A DNA stretch of 64,000 nucleotides from Phyllobates terribilis (lineage: Eukaryota), in contig NW_027362771.1 in assembly GCF_046119375.1 (NCBI RefSeq), positions 155,434,001-155,498,000 of the forward strand. Direction: 5' to 3'. Positions 38,879 through 49,914 of the stretch are shown here, piece by piece. Every line of letters starts with the position of its first letter. The stretch's first letter is position 1. The translations under genes were made by a program, and so were the position numbers. A model generated the notes under the pieces. That model ran no database searches, had not been told where the DNA came from, and worked only from the letters and a program-made list of their open reading frames with translations.

Positions 38879-40321
38879 ACTGAGCCCCTGTCCCCTGGCA
38901 CTTCATAAAAGTTATGGCCTCATAGGTTGCAGAGAGATTTCCGTAAAAATTGTATGGTGGGACGTGAGGGAAAGCTCTTTCGATATCACTCCAATGTCAT
39001 CCATAAGTGATTTAGGGCTCCCACCACTATTAATGGGTACATTCACATAATGTATTTGCATTATTTCACAGTGGCAATCCCACGGCAAATTAACAGCGGT
39101 AATATCCACACAGATATTGTGCAGATGTTGAATCACTTACTACTACACAAATGATGCACCTTTACCACTGACTTGATCCTTTGTATTACAAAGGATGAAA
39201 TCGCTGGTGAATATCCGCAGCATAAATTGACACATTGGAATAGACAGCAAAGGGTCTTCACATTGCCAGTGAGATTCAAATTAAAATACTTCATGGCTGA
39301 AGGGAGAGAGACAAAATACATGTGACATGCATTGTCAGCAGGTAGAGTCTTCTGTGTGGCAACTAAGCCTCACCACATTTATTAGCTAGACAAAAACGGA
39401 ACTGCAATTCTTACATACAACTGAACAGGAAGCCGAAATAGACAATCAGTGATGACACACTTCCCTTGGCCCAACGTAAAACCTTCTTGTCAGGGAATTT
39501 ACAGGAAACCAACATCTCAGTCAGACATTCCATAATGCAAGTCTTAAGCAGAGGCTTCATAGAATAGATTGTTTTCCTAAATAAATAATGAAGCTAGATA
39601 TAAAATATTAACCATGACCATGTCAAATCCGCAGCCCCAGTCAATTCACGCCGTGGATTTTCTCAGCGTATGGATGAAATGTCATAAAATCTCATCCACT
39701 ACGCTGGTGCTATAAGACATTGGTTAAGTGATTATTACACATCAGGGGACATTTATCATTGTGTTTTAGGCACCAGCTCTTCCTATAACACTAAGAAGTG
39801 TACTACCTTATATTATACCCTGATATTAGCATGTTTTGTCACACAATTGGTGGTCTTGCATTTATTTCTATGTAGCTACATAGTGGGCGCCAAGAATGTT
39901 TTTCTCTGGTGGGCCCAAGGTACTCCAGTCCAATGGTGAATAAGGGTATGTTCATACAAAGTCTTTTTTCAGGCAGGTTTGGAGTGACTCTGTTTTGTGA
40001 ACCGCCTGAAATTTAACAAAGAGATCAAAAGAATGAGCATATACCGTACATTTTTATGTATGTTCAGTCTTTAGAGCATCATTTGACCGGTTCATGTTTC
40101 CAAAGATGCCAAGCGGTTAAAAGTGAGCAGGGAATTCTTCAGGCGTCTTCCGCTCTTAAGATGCTCTATACCAGTGATTTTCAACCTTTTTTGAGCCGCG
40201 GCACACTTTTTATACTTAGAAAATCCTGGGGCACACCACCAACCAAAATAGCACAAAATGACACTAAAAGTCATATTATACATATAGTTAATAATATAGA
40301 TTCTAAATTTATTTTACTCAC

Positions 40322-42199
40322 TCAGTGTGAAACCTGGGCCTGTTTCGATAAACTCAAAAGGGATATCCTGGCAGGAATGGTGGAAAGACACACACGAAGC
40401 TCTTCCTCAACAGTTCTCAGTTTCTCCCTGTTTTTAGTTTTTATCACAGTCAAGCTTGAGAAGCCCAGCTCACATAGATATGTGGTTGAAAATGGGAGCA
40501 ATGTCAAAATAGCTTTGTTGGCCAGAATGGGGAACTCCTTGGCAACAGATAACCAAAAACTGTCCAAAGGAAGATCAGCAAACTTTAGCTTTAAACCGCG
40601 ATCTTGCTTCAGTTCAACGAGTTCCTCTTGCTCCTTTAAAGTCATGTCCTTTCCAGCAACGGATAATGAGCTGTATGGGTCCCTAACCCAGTCAAGGCAT
40701 TCTGTGAAGGCTGAAGAGAAATAGAACGATAACTTCTCCTCAAGAGTTTTCAAATGTCTGCCAATCGCTTCGCACATTGCAGTAGTATTGTCATCATGCA
40801 GTTTCTCGGTGAGTGGGAACATCTGAAGGTTGCCACCCTACACATGTTGTTGCCAGAGCTGCACCTTTAAACGGAATCCGTTCATTTTATCAGTGCTTGT
40901 AAGCAGGTTTTCATTTCGACCTTGCATCCGTGTGTTTAGTTCATTCAGATATTGAAATATATCAGCCAGGTATGCCAGCTTTGCACACCACTCATCACTT
41001 GCAAGCAGCTTTGAATAATCGGACCTCTCGTTTGTAAGAAATATTTTAAGTTCCTCTCGCAACTCATACACACGGGCCAGCACTTTGCCGCGTGACAGCC
41101 ACCTGACCTCCGTGTGGAGCAATAAGATTTTATGTTCCGCTCCCATTTCTGTACACAAAGACGCAAATAAGCAACATCTCAAAGGTCGCGTCTTCACAAA
41201 GTTCACTATGCGCACAACATCATCCAACACAGGAGCTAGATCTGCTGGTAAGGTCTTTGCAACGAGGGCCTCACGGTGCAAGAAACAGTGGGTAGCAAGA
41301 ACATCTGGGTTTCTTTCTTTAACCCTACTTACAAAGCCTTTGATGCGCCCGACCATGGCTGCGGCTCCATCAGTGCAGACACCTGTGCAGATTTCCCATG
41401 TAAGTCCACTTTTATCAAGATATTCCGATGTGACTTGGAATATTGCCTCTCCTGTTGATTTTTCTGTCAGTGCCTTGCAAAATAGGAAGTTTTCTCTAAT
41501 GGCTTCACCATCCACATAACGCACATAGGCCAACAACTGACAATGTCCACTGATATCCGTCGACTCATCAAGTTGCAAGGCAAATTTCTTACTGATGCGC
41601 ACCTTTTCCAAAACAACTGTTTCAATGTCCGCAGACAAGTCATCAATCCGTCTGGCAATTGTGTTATCAGAGAGAGGCACTTTAGCTATCTCTTTAGCTG
41701 CTTCAGGGCCAAGCATCTCATTTACAATAGCTTTACAAGCTGGGAGTATTAATGTTTCTGCCACAGTGTGGGACTTTTTTGATTTAGCTATGAGTTCAGC
41801 AACAAGGTAGCTAGCTTTGAGGGCTCTCTCATTTACCTTTGTGCTTTTTCTCAAAAAAGTTGCCCCTTTCTCATTGTTTGTACGTAAGCGTACAAAATAC
41901 TCCATCGGTTTATTTTGAACGGAAGGGTGTTTCGTTTGGAGATGGCGTTTAAGTTTGCTTGGCACCATAGCGCTATTGGAAAGCTTCTCACCACACACCA
42001 AGCACAGTGGTGTTGGTGCTGTCGCATCCCCAGTGGAAGTAAATCCAAATGAAAGATAGCTTTCACTGTATTGCCTTGAGCTCACCGTCTTGTCTTTTTT
42101 CTTTTGTCGAACTCTCATACTAGGGCCTTCATTTGGGTTAGAATTGTGTCCAGGGTCCTGTTCGGCATTTGCCTTTTCCATTCTCAAATACTTCTCCAT
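40322..42199 (-). pseudogene. hAT transposase (~625 codons) with a single in-frame TAG at 40840-40838
   Basis: BED finger (CLVC...LKRHLQTKH), [25 protein letters not shown] and CELGFS motifs; the 462-aa and 166-aa ORFs are the same frame. Confidence 0.93.
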
Positions 42200-42267
42200 C
42201 ACTGCTGAGATAGTGTGCGCAGCCACACACTAAAATAGAAGAGTATTACATTATCTGCCACACTTAA

Positions 42268-42665
42268 AGGACCTCTGCTAGGCATATTTCATTCCTGAGA
42301 GCTTAAAAAGCAGCTCTCGTGGTGACAAGAAGCTGATTTAAACCCCCCAAGAGTGAACTTCGCGAGAGCTGTATGTGTGTGATAATAACTTATATTACTA
42401 CGGTCTGCATTTCCTGCTTGAATTGACACTAGTGACGTAGCACTCAGCTTTCTCTATAAGTAGAATAGAGCCGGCTGCCAAGTGCTATGCCACTAGAGTC
42501 AATTCAAGCAGGACATGACTGCTGAAGAACGGTACTAATATCATTTATTATTCCATACATACAACTCTCACGGAGTTCACTCTTGGGGGTTTTAAATCAG
42601 TTTCGTACCACCACAAGAGCTACTTTTTTAGCCCTCAAGAGTGAAATATGCCTGGCAGAGGTCCT
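42268..42665. mobile_element. Diverged T2/Kolobok-like fold-back MITE nested in the hAT 5' region
   Basis: TTAA|AGGACCTCTGC...GCAGAGGTCCT|TTCA; ~190-bp imperfect inverted arms. Confidence 0.65.
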
Positions 42666-44729
42666 TTCAATAAATAATTTATTTTAAAAAAGTGAAATAA
42701 AAAAGGATAACAGTCCCACGTATATGAGCACATGATTATCAGCATCATATACTGTGGTGATGTTCACTGTACAGCGCCACAGTATATGGTGCTGATTATT
42801 ATGTGGCTCATATACTGCAATATAAAGGGGTACAATGAGAAGTACTATGGCCATGAGGCCAGAGTACAAGTGCCAGCTCATATACTCAGCATATGAGCTG
42901 GTACTTGTAGTACTCCAGCCTCATGACTATAGTATTTCTCATTTTACATTTCTCATTGTTATATGCAGTATACTGCTGGAGTACTAAAAGTACCAGCTCA
43001 TATGCTGAGTATTCTGCCAACAGTTCATATACTCAGGCAAAAGCTCATATAGTCAGCATTATTGGCGGGCATTACCTTGGCGGCGGGCAAATGCGAGAGT
43101 CTCTCCGCTCTCAGGATGACGCGCCGGCCTCGGTGACGTCATTAAGTCGCGCGAGGTTCAAAGCTTGCGCATGTGTTATTGTACACGTCTCCTACATTTT
43201 AAGAAGGCGTGACTGCGTATCAAGCGCATTGCCGGGAAACAAAACACAGGGGGCACCATAGTTTGGGGAACTTTCCCCGCGGCACACCCGACCATGTGTC
43301 TGCCGCGGAACACTGGTTGAAAATCACTGCTCTATACTGTACAATACAAGTCAGAGGGAAGGCTCAGAAGATGTCTGGGTGTCTTTTATGAGTTAATTGC
43401 TAGCGTTTTTGCTTTAGAAATGATTAGTGGCTTCTTCATTGTTGAATGGAATTAAAAAATTGTCTGGAAAATGACAGTACAAAAGATGCCACAGAAACCT
43501 AAAAAAACACCAGTTGTCAAAAACATTGAAAAAGCACCTGGGAAATTACCCAAAAACACTAAATAACGACACATCCAATTTACAAGAAGCCAGAGAAAAG
43601 GAGTTACCTGAAGCGTCTTGAAACAGTCATTTTTGGCCTCTAAAAAAAGCACAACTTTGTGTGAACATACCCCAAAAGTTCAGCCAGTCTACCCCGTCCA
43701 TTTAAAAATGGATGAGAAAAAAAATTTGATGCAATACAGATGACACAGAATTGAAAAATGGACCTTTTTACATGGATGTAAAAAGACATGGATGTGTGAA
43801 TGTCGCCTAAAATTGGTATTATCCTGCAGCAGGCAGCTATGAATCCATTAATGGATCTGTCTGGCTGCATCCACATGGGATGGAATTTTTCCGCTTTGCT
43901 GCAGTTCCACAATGAAATGTGTATGTACACTGTGTGCAGAATTATTAGGCAAATGAGTATTTTGATCACATGATACTTTTTATACATGTCCTACTCCAAG
44001 CTGCATAGGCTTGAGAGCCAACTACCAATTAAGTAAATCTGGTGATGTGCATCTCTGTAATGAGGAGGGGTGTTGACTAATGACATCAACACCCTATATA
44101 AGGTGTGCTTAATTATTAGGCAACTTCCTTTCCTTTGGCAAAATGGGTCAGAAGAGAGATTTGACGGGCTCTGAAAAGTCCAAAATTGTGAGATGTCTTG
44201 CAGAGGGATGCAGCAGTCTTGAAAATTTCCAAACTTTTGAAGCGTGATCACCAAACAATCAAGCGTTTCATGGCAAATAGCCAACAGGGTCGCAAGAAGC
44301 GTGTTGGCCAAAAATAGCGCAAAATAACTGCCCATGAATTGAGGAAAATCAAGCGTGAAGCTGCCAAGATGCCATTCGCCACCAGTTTTGCCATATTTCA
44401 GAGCTGCAACGTTACTGGAGTATCAAGCACAAGGTGTGCGATACTCAGGGACATGGCCAAGGTAAAGAAGGCTGAAAAACGACCACCTTTGAACAAGAAA
44501 CACAAATTGTCAAGAATGGGCTAAGAAATATCTTAAGACTGATTTTTTCAAAGGTTCTATGGACTGATGAAATGAGTGACTCTTGATGGGCCAGAGGCTG
44601 GATCAGTGAAGGGCAGAGAGCTCCACTCCAACTCAGACGCCAGCAAAGTGGAGGTGGGGTACTGGTATGGGCTGGTATCCTCAAAGATGAACTTGTGGGA
44701 CCTTTTCGGGTTGAGGATGGAGTGAAGCT

Positions 44730-45141
44730 TGTTAGGATCATTCAGCCATGGAGGGTCCTTGTTGGAGTCGGGGTATCCCCGTAACAAGAAATACACAGAC
44801 ACGTAGTGTATAATCAAGTACTGGGAAGCCCCTGAGCGCGTCTGCCTCTATAGGTGCAGTCCCTTTATTTATACTAATATTCATAATTTGTTGTCAGACA
44901 TGCGCAGTAAAATGTCTTTGTTTCACAAGCGGCGAAGTGATGATTCATAACAGTGGAATTTTGATAAGAAAGTTTCATAAAAAGTGTTAATTCATAGCAG
45001 TAGAAGGTTACTGAGACAGCTAAAAACAAGTTACAATCTAGTTTCTGGGCGTCAGTCCAAATGTCCAGATAAGGGAAGAATAACTTCATCTGTGTCTTAC
45101 ATCGTAGTCTTGCGTGAAGTATCACTCCCATCATCCTCTCA
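44730..45141 (-). repeat. ERV 3' LTR (412 bp)
   Basis: TGAGAGG...CCTAACA on minus; preceded by the PPT AAAGGGGGAC; no difference found from the 5' LTR. Confidence 0.97.
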
Positions 45142-45151
45142 GTCCCCCCTT
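45142..45151 (-). promoter_or_regulatory. Polypurine tract
   Basis: AAAGGGGGAC directly abuts the 3' LTR start. Confidence 0.85.
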
Positions 45152-45205
45152 TGATTCTTCCTTATGGACTTTTGGTAGAAGACCTGGTCCGGGAGTTCTT
45201 TTCTT

Positions 45206-46528
45206 TCATATTCTTGAGTCCGTGTTACAAAGCTTATTTATGCATATTAAAATAATTTTTAATCCTATTTTAAACACTACATATATGACTACTATAATTA
45301 GCACAATCTGTAATATACCTTGCAGAATTCCAGCCACCCAACCTCCAATACCCTTAAACCAGTTCTTTGGGTTGAGAAAGGAGAAGGTGTCTGACCACCA
45401 GCTATCTTTATTTTGATCATTGTGTCTGTCATATTCGTCCCACATCTGCATCAACATTGGATACACAAAGAAAGTGCTGAATATTTTATTAGGAATTCCC
45501 ATTTGGACCACATGTGGCCTACCTGAAGGTCTAGGCGAGTTGTCGGCTGCTCTTTTGTATAGTGTGTGTTTAGGTACTGCTTGCATATCTACCTGCTGAT
45601 TCTGAACTATAAATGTGGCCGGTGTTAAGCGTCCTAGAGTACATGCACCTTTTATTCCTACTGGGAGCCATTTGTATGCTCCATTTCCACAAATCCAGAA
45701 GGTTCCTTCAGGCAGATCCCATATTGCAGAGTGTTGGAGCACCAACCTATGTACCAAATCTAAAAATTTAGATACATTCTGAAGTATACACCAAGGGGGT
45801 TTTTGACCTAATGGACTACAGTATCCTGCATCTGGATTTTCACAAGTCGGTGTACCTGGGTCATATGCACTTGACTCATTACATAATATATTACCTGGTA
45901 TCTTTGAACATGTATCATTGTTTCCATCGGGGAATAATTGTGAATATTTCCAACCATTATTGTGTATGTATTTTTCTACTATATCAGGTTTAAAAGGTTG
46001 AGAAGAAGATACTGTGCTACTAAAACTGAGTTGTATATTTTCTGTAGGAATTAACCCTAAGTCTGTTAGTCCCGTCTTATTTCTAGGAACCCATACACCT
46101 CCTTTAAACGCTAAATATTGTAAGTTGTTTATTTTTCCGGTCATATTACCTTGCCACCAGGGAAATCCCACCCACCCCACAACTGGGATGGCAACAGTGG
46201 TGTTCCATAATCTAGAATTAACGGTTTGGTTATTTGCTAATTTGTCTGAGCAATTAGTCCATGTAAACACTTCCTCAGGGGTCATGGGTACGGCCAGGAA
46301 GGGTATGCTCGTGGCTGATATTGGAGAATGCGTACAAATCCAACAGTCTGCTATTTTCTGTCCGCCATCGAGCAGCCCGTTTACCAATGTCTCATGATGT
46401 TTTATAAATTTATTATCTGTAGGTTTTGGGGAACTTAGTTTATCCCACAGGTCTCCCTGATCTATCGTTATAGCTAACACAAGTACAATCACCACTATTT
46501 CTTTTTGCAATGGCTTGCATGTACCCAT
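45206..46528 (-). CDS. env: Retroviral envelope ORF (440 aa), gamma-type, lacking most of the TM ectodomain
   Basis: Hydrophobic signal peptide, CWIC motif, LYKR cleavage site, W-rich membrane-proximal segment and TM anchor; no immunosuppressive domain or CX6CC. Confidence 0.85.
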   Translation of the reverse strand: MGTCKPLQKEIVVIVLVLAITIDQGDLWDKLSSPKPTDNKFIKHHETLVNGLLDGGQKIADCWICTHSPISATSIPFLAVPMTPEEVFTWTNCSDKLANNQTVNSRLWNTTVAIPVVGWVGFPWWQGNMTGKINNLQYLAFKGGVWVPRNKTGLTDLGLIPTENIQLSFSSTVSSSQPFKPDIVEKYIHNNGWKYSQLFPDGNNDTCSKIPGNILCNESSAYDPGTPTCENPDAGYCSPLGQKPPWCILQNVSKFLDLVHRLVLQHSAIWDLPEGTFWICGNGAYKWLPVGIKGACTLGRLTPATFIVQNQQVDMQAVPKHTLYKRAADNSPRPSGRPHVVQMGIPNKIFSTFFVYPMLMQMWDEYDRHNDQNKDSWWSDTFSFLNPKNWFKGIGGWVAGILQGILQIVLIIVVIYVVFKIGLKIILICINKLCNTDSRI

Positions 46529-47820
46529 GCTGATTTTCCTTCCAATTTTACTGCAGTTGGAGTTGTCAATAACACCTGATATGGACCCTCAAATCTGGGT
46601 TCTAGCGTTCTTCTGTTATGTCTTTTTACGTAGACTTCGTCTCCTGGTTGCAGCTTGTGCGTTCCCTCAATGGAATCTGGATCTGGAATGGAAGAGAACA
46701 CTAAAGAGTGTATTTTAGACACATGCTTACATAAATTTTGTACATAAGCAGTTAAGCTTTCAGTTTCTAACATTAAAGTCTGTGGGAAATACAATCCTGT
46801 ATTGGCAACTCTACCAAACAATATTTCATGGGGGGTGAGTTTGCTCTTTCCCTGGGGGGTGTTTCTGACTGAATACAATGCTATTGGGAGACACTCAGTC
46901 CATGGTTTCTGTGTTTCTGCCATGGCTTTCTGTATTTTTAACTTAAGTGTTCCATTCATTCTCTCAACCTTACCAGAACTCTGTGGGTGGTAAGGGGTGT
47001 GTAGTTCACTTTTTATACACATTTTCATTACATTCTGAAAGATCTCTCCAGTAAAATGTGTACCTCTATCTGACTCGATCACTTCTGGGATACCATAACG
47101 GGGTACCAGTTCATGTGCTATTTTTACTGCAGTGACTTTAGCCGTGGCTGTATGAACTGGATAAGCCTCTGGCCACCCCGAAAACATGTCCACACATACC
47201 AGTACATACTCATAGTGTCCATGCTTAGGCATCTGGATGTAATCGATCTGAAGTCTCTGGAACGGATATAGTGGTCTTACATGGTGCTTCTGGGGGGTCT
47301 TAACAGTCTGTCCTGGATTGTGGGCTAAACAGATTTCACAAGAACCACATTTTGCTCGAGCTACCTGGCCGAACCCTGGGGCTAACCACTTCTGTCTGAC
47401 CCTCTGTATCATACCGTTTGCAGACACATGTGTAGGTCCGTGGGCTTCACTGACCACAACAGGGTACCATGCTCGGGGGAGACAAAGCTCATCTCCTTTT
47501 CTCCATAGTCCTTCTTTTTCTTCTGCCCCCTGTTTCTGCCACTCTTCTTTTTCTTCTCTACTCACCTGCTGGTGGGCTTCTTTGAGCCGTGTAATTAAGT
47601 CAAATTCTGATACTGCACTAATAGTGTGGTCAGTTGTCAGAGGTTTTACTGCAGCTCGCTTAGCAGCCTTGTCGGCTCGGTCATTACCCCTAGCTATCTC
47701 GGTGTCGAGTCTTACATGTGCAGGTACTTTTATTACTGCTACTTGTTTGGTTGAGGCAGCTGATTCTAGGATTTGTCTAATCATTTGTCCATGTTTTACT
47801 GGTTGACCTGAAGCTGTCAT
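46495..47820 (-). CDS. pol: pol 3' part: RNase H C-terminus plus integrase
   Basis: HHCC finger (HGPTH...CGSC), QIDY / ESDRG / VERMNG D-D-E triad, GPY module; separated from RT by a frameshift. Confidence 0.93.
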   Translation of the reverse strand: MTASGQPVKHGQMIRQILESAASTKQVAVIKVPAHVRLDTEIARGNDRADKAAKRAAVKPLTTDHTISAVSEFDLITRLKEAHQQVSREEKEEWQKQGAEEKEGLWRKGDELCLPRAWYPVVVSEAHGPTHVSANGMIQRVRQKWLAPGFGQVARAKCGSCEICLAHNPGQTVKTPQKHHVRPLYPFQRLQIDYIQMPKHGHYEYVLVCVDMFSGWPEAYPVHTATAKVTAVKIAHELVPRYGIPEVIESDRGTHFTGEIFQNVMKMCIKSELHTPYHPQSSGKVERMNGTLKLKIQKAMAETQKPWTECLPIALYSVRNTPQGKSKLTPHEILFGRVANTGLYFPQTLMLETESLTAYVQNLCKHVSKIHSLVFSSIPDPDSIEGTHKLQPGDEVYVKRHNRRTLEPRFEGPYQVLLTTPTAVKLEGKSAWVHASHCKKK

Positions 47821-49700
47821 GTAACCTCTAGCTCTCCATATACATCCAAAATCATGTACAATACCATATGCATATCAGTAAAAATATTAGCGGTTTTTTC
47901 TTTTGCTAACTGTAATGCTCGTATTAGAGCTAATAGTTCAGCTTCCTGGGCTGAACAGCTGGCCTGCATTGGCTCAGCTTCAATAACATCATAATCTGAT
48001 ACAATGGCATAACCTGTATGAAAGTTACCAGTTTCATCTGCATACCTACTACCATCTATATACATATGTAGGTCTGGATTGTCAAGAGGGGTGTCCTGTA
48101 CATTAGGTAGCCCTTGTGTTTCTTGTTCTATACACTGTAAGCAATCATGTATTATATTGTCTTGTTCGTGGTATTGTAAAAAATTTTCATCTTCGTCTTC
48201 CTGACCTCCTTCCACTCCCCCCTTTGTCTCTAGTGGTAACAGAGTGGCTAAATTTAGAGACAATATGCGGCGAAAAGTGAGGTTTGGTGGCATTAGTAAG
48301 GAGCATTGTAATCTAAGATGTCTAGCCATTGAAATGTGTTTTGGCAATACCTGATTCAGTATGCCATGTACATCATGTGTAGTTTGTACTATTAAGGCAT
48401 GGTCTAGTACTATTTCTGAGGCTTTTTCTACCAAAAGAGAGACAGCTGCTACTACTCTGACACATGATGGTGCAGCTTTGGTAACATTATCTAATTGAGC
48501 AGAATAGTAATGGACAGGTCTTTGTTTATTTTCATGTTTCTGTGTTAGTACTCCTGTAGCATGATTAGACATTTCCGCAGCCATTAATTGGAATGGTTTG
48601 GCGTAGTCTGGGATTCCCAAGGCCGGGGCTGACATGAGACCTTTCTTGAGGTCTTGAAAGGCTATGAGCGCTGATTCAGTTAACTGAAAAGGCTCGATTT
48701 TTAAACAATCATATAGAGGTTGCATAAGCTGACTAGCATGTATAACCCATTGTCTGCAGTGTGATACTATTCCCAAAAATGCTCTTAATGTTTTGTAGTT
48801 CTTGGGAGGAACAAGATCTCTAATGATTTTTAGTCTGTCGGCGGTGAGGTGCCGAATACCTTGTGAAATGCAGTGTCCTAGAAATACTACCGTAGTCATA
48901 CAAAGTTGTACTTTTTTCTTGTTAACTTTACAGCCCATGTCTGCTAGAAATATTAACAATCTTATTGTGTTGCTGTTTGCGGACTCTTGAGCAGGGGCAC
49001 ATAACAATAGGTCATCAACATATTGGAGAATTACAACCTCATCCGTAGGTTTGAAATTTTGAAGAACTGATCTCATAGCTTCTGAGTACAAGGTAGGTGA
49101 ATGTATCATACCCTGTGGTAATCTTGTCCATGCTAATTGTCTATTCTTAAATGTAAATGCAAACAGTTTGTAACAGTCTGGGTGTAATGGTACTGAAAAA
49201 AATGCATTTGATAAGTCTATGACAGAAAATACTCGTGCTGTTGCTGGGATCTGTGATAGCAACGTGTGTGGATTTGGCACAACAGGAGTAATAGGTTCCA
49301 AAATTTTATTTATCTCTCTTAGATCATGTACCATCCGGTACCTAGCAGCTGACCCCTCAGTAGATTTCTTTTTTACGGGGTACAACGGTGTATTGGCTGG
49401 TGACTTTACTTCTATCAGTACTCCAGTTTTTAGATAATCTTTTATCTGTTCTCCTATGGCGTGTTCTTGTTGGGCACTAATAGGATACTGTCTCAATTGG
49501 GGTAGTGTCACACCTGGAACAGGAGTGACTTTTACAGGAGCTATTGGCATTAGTCCTACATCGGTGTCATGTTGTGCCCATAATTTTTCTGGTACCTCAG
49601 AAAGATCTAAAATAATTTGGGTAGGGGCAGGATCTTTCTCATCCTCTAAGGCTTGGACTTTTACAATGTTTTCTAGAGACTCTTGGTCATCAGGCACCAA
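47817..49700 (-). CDS. pol: pol 5' part: reverse transcriptase, tether and RNase H N-terminus (protease absent)
   Basis: TPLYPVKK, DLREIN, DLSNAFF, LPQG, YVDD, FLG and IDGS...AQEAEL...TD motifs. Confidence 0.95.
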   Translation of the reverse strand: MVPDDQESLENIVKVQALEDEKDPAPTQIILDLSEVPEKLWAQHDTDVGLMPIAPVKVTPVPGVTLPQLRQYPISAQQEHAIGEQIKDYLKTGVLIEVKSPANTPLYPVKKKSTEGSAARYRMVHDLREINKILEPITPVVPNPHTLLSQIPATARVFSVIDLSNAFFSVPLHPDCYKLFAFTFKNRQLAWTRLPQGMIHSPTLYSEAMRSVLQNFKPTDEVVILQYVDDLLLCAPAQESANSNTIRLLIFLADMGCKVNKKKVQLCMTTVVFLGHCISQGIRHLTADRLKIIRDLVPPKNYKTLRAFLGIVSHCRQWVIHASQLMQPLYDCLKIEPFQLTESALIAFQDLKKGLMSAPALGIPDYAKPFQLMAAEMSNHATGVLTQKHENKQRPVHYYSAQLDNVTKAAPSCVRVVAAVSLLVEKASEIVLDHALIVQTTHDVHGILNQVLPKHISMARHLRLQCSLLMPPNLTFRRILSLNLATLLPLETKGGVEGGQEDEDENFLQYHEQDNIIHDCLQCIEQETQGLPNVQDTPLDNPDLHMYIDGSRYADETGNFHTGYAIVSDYDVIEAEPMQASCSAQEAELLALIRALQLAKEKTANIFTDMHMVLYMILDVYGELEVT

Positions 49701-49710
49701 AATTTGGACT

Positions 49711-49914
49711 CTACCATCCTTTGTCTCTTACCACTCCTGCTTTTCTAGCCCGAATGTCCTCCCATAGTTTCCTGTTAAACCTGTCATGCCTTGCTACCTG
49801 AAAAGTTTTGCAAACTTTCCCTAAATTCTTAGTTGCTTCTACACCACACCTTTCTTTCACGATTGTATAGACATCTTGTTCATCATTTGTGGTCTTAGTC
49901 TGTTTGTTGCCCAT
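49711..49914 (-). pseudogene. gag: gag N-terminal (matrix) remnant, 67 aa
   Basis: MGNKQT myristoylation-type start; ends in TAG immediately after the junction to protease-distal pol sequence. Confidence 0.75.

Larger units (their letters stand above)
40172..43329 (-). mobile_element. Near-intact hAT transposon, Buster/Charlie/SPIN subfamily (3158 bp)
   Basis: Perfect 15-bp TIR CAGTGATTTTCAACC; perfect 8-bp TSD CTCTATAC (40164-40171 and 43330-43337) fitting NNNTANNN. Confidence 0.96.

Noticed and set aside
38512-38906. Repetitive ORFs (TQSRAMRGEGH)n
   Set aside because: Translation of the 33-bp minisatellite.
42200-42226. hAT ORF start MAAHTISAV
   Set aside because: Begins at a GTG; the first ATG is at 42199.
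44874-45134. Identical 86-aa ORFs at 44874-45134 and 50900-51160 as a possible LTR-encoded accessory gene
   Set aside because: They reflect LTR identity; no recognisable domain and no evidence of translation.
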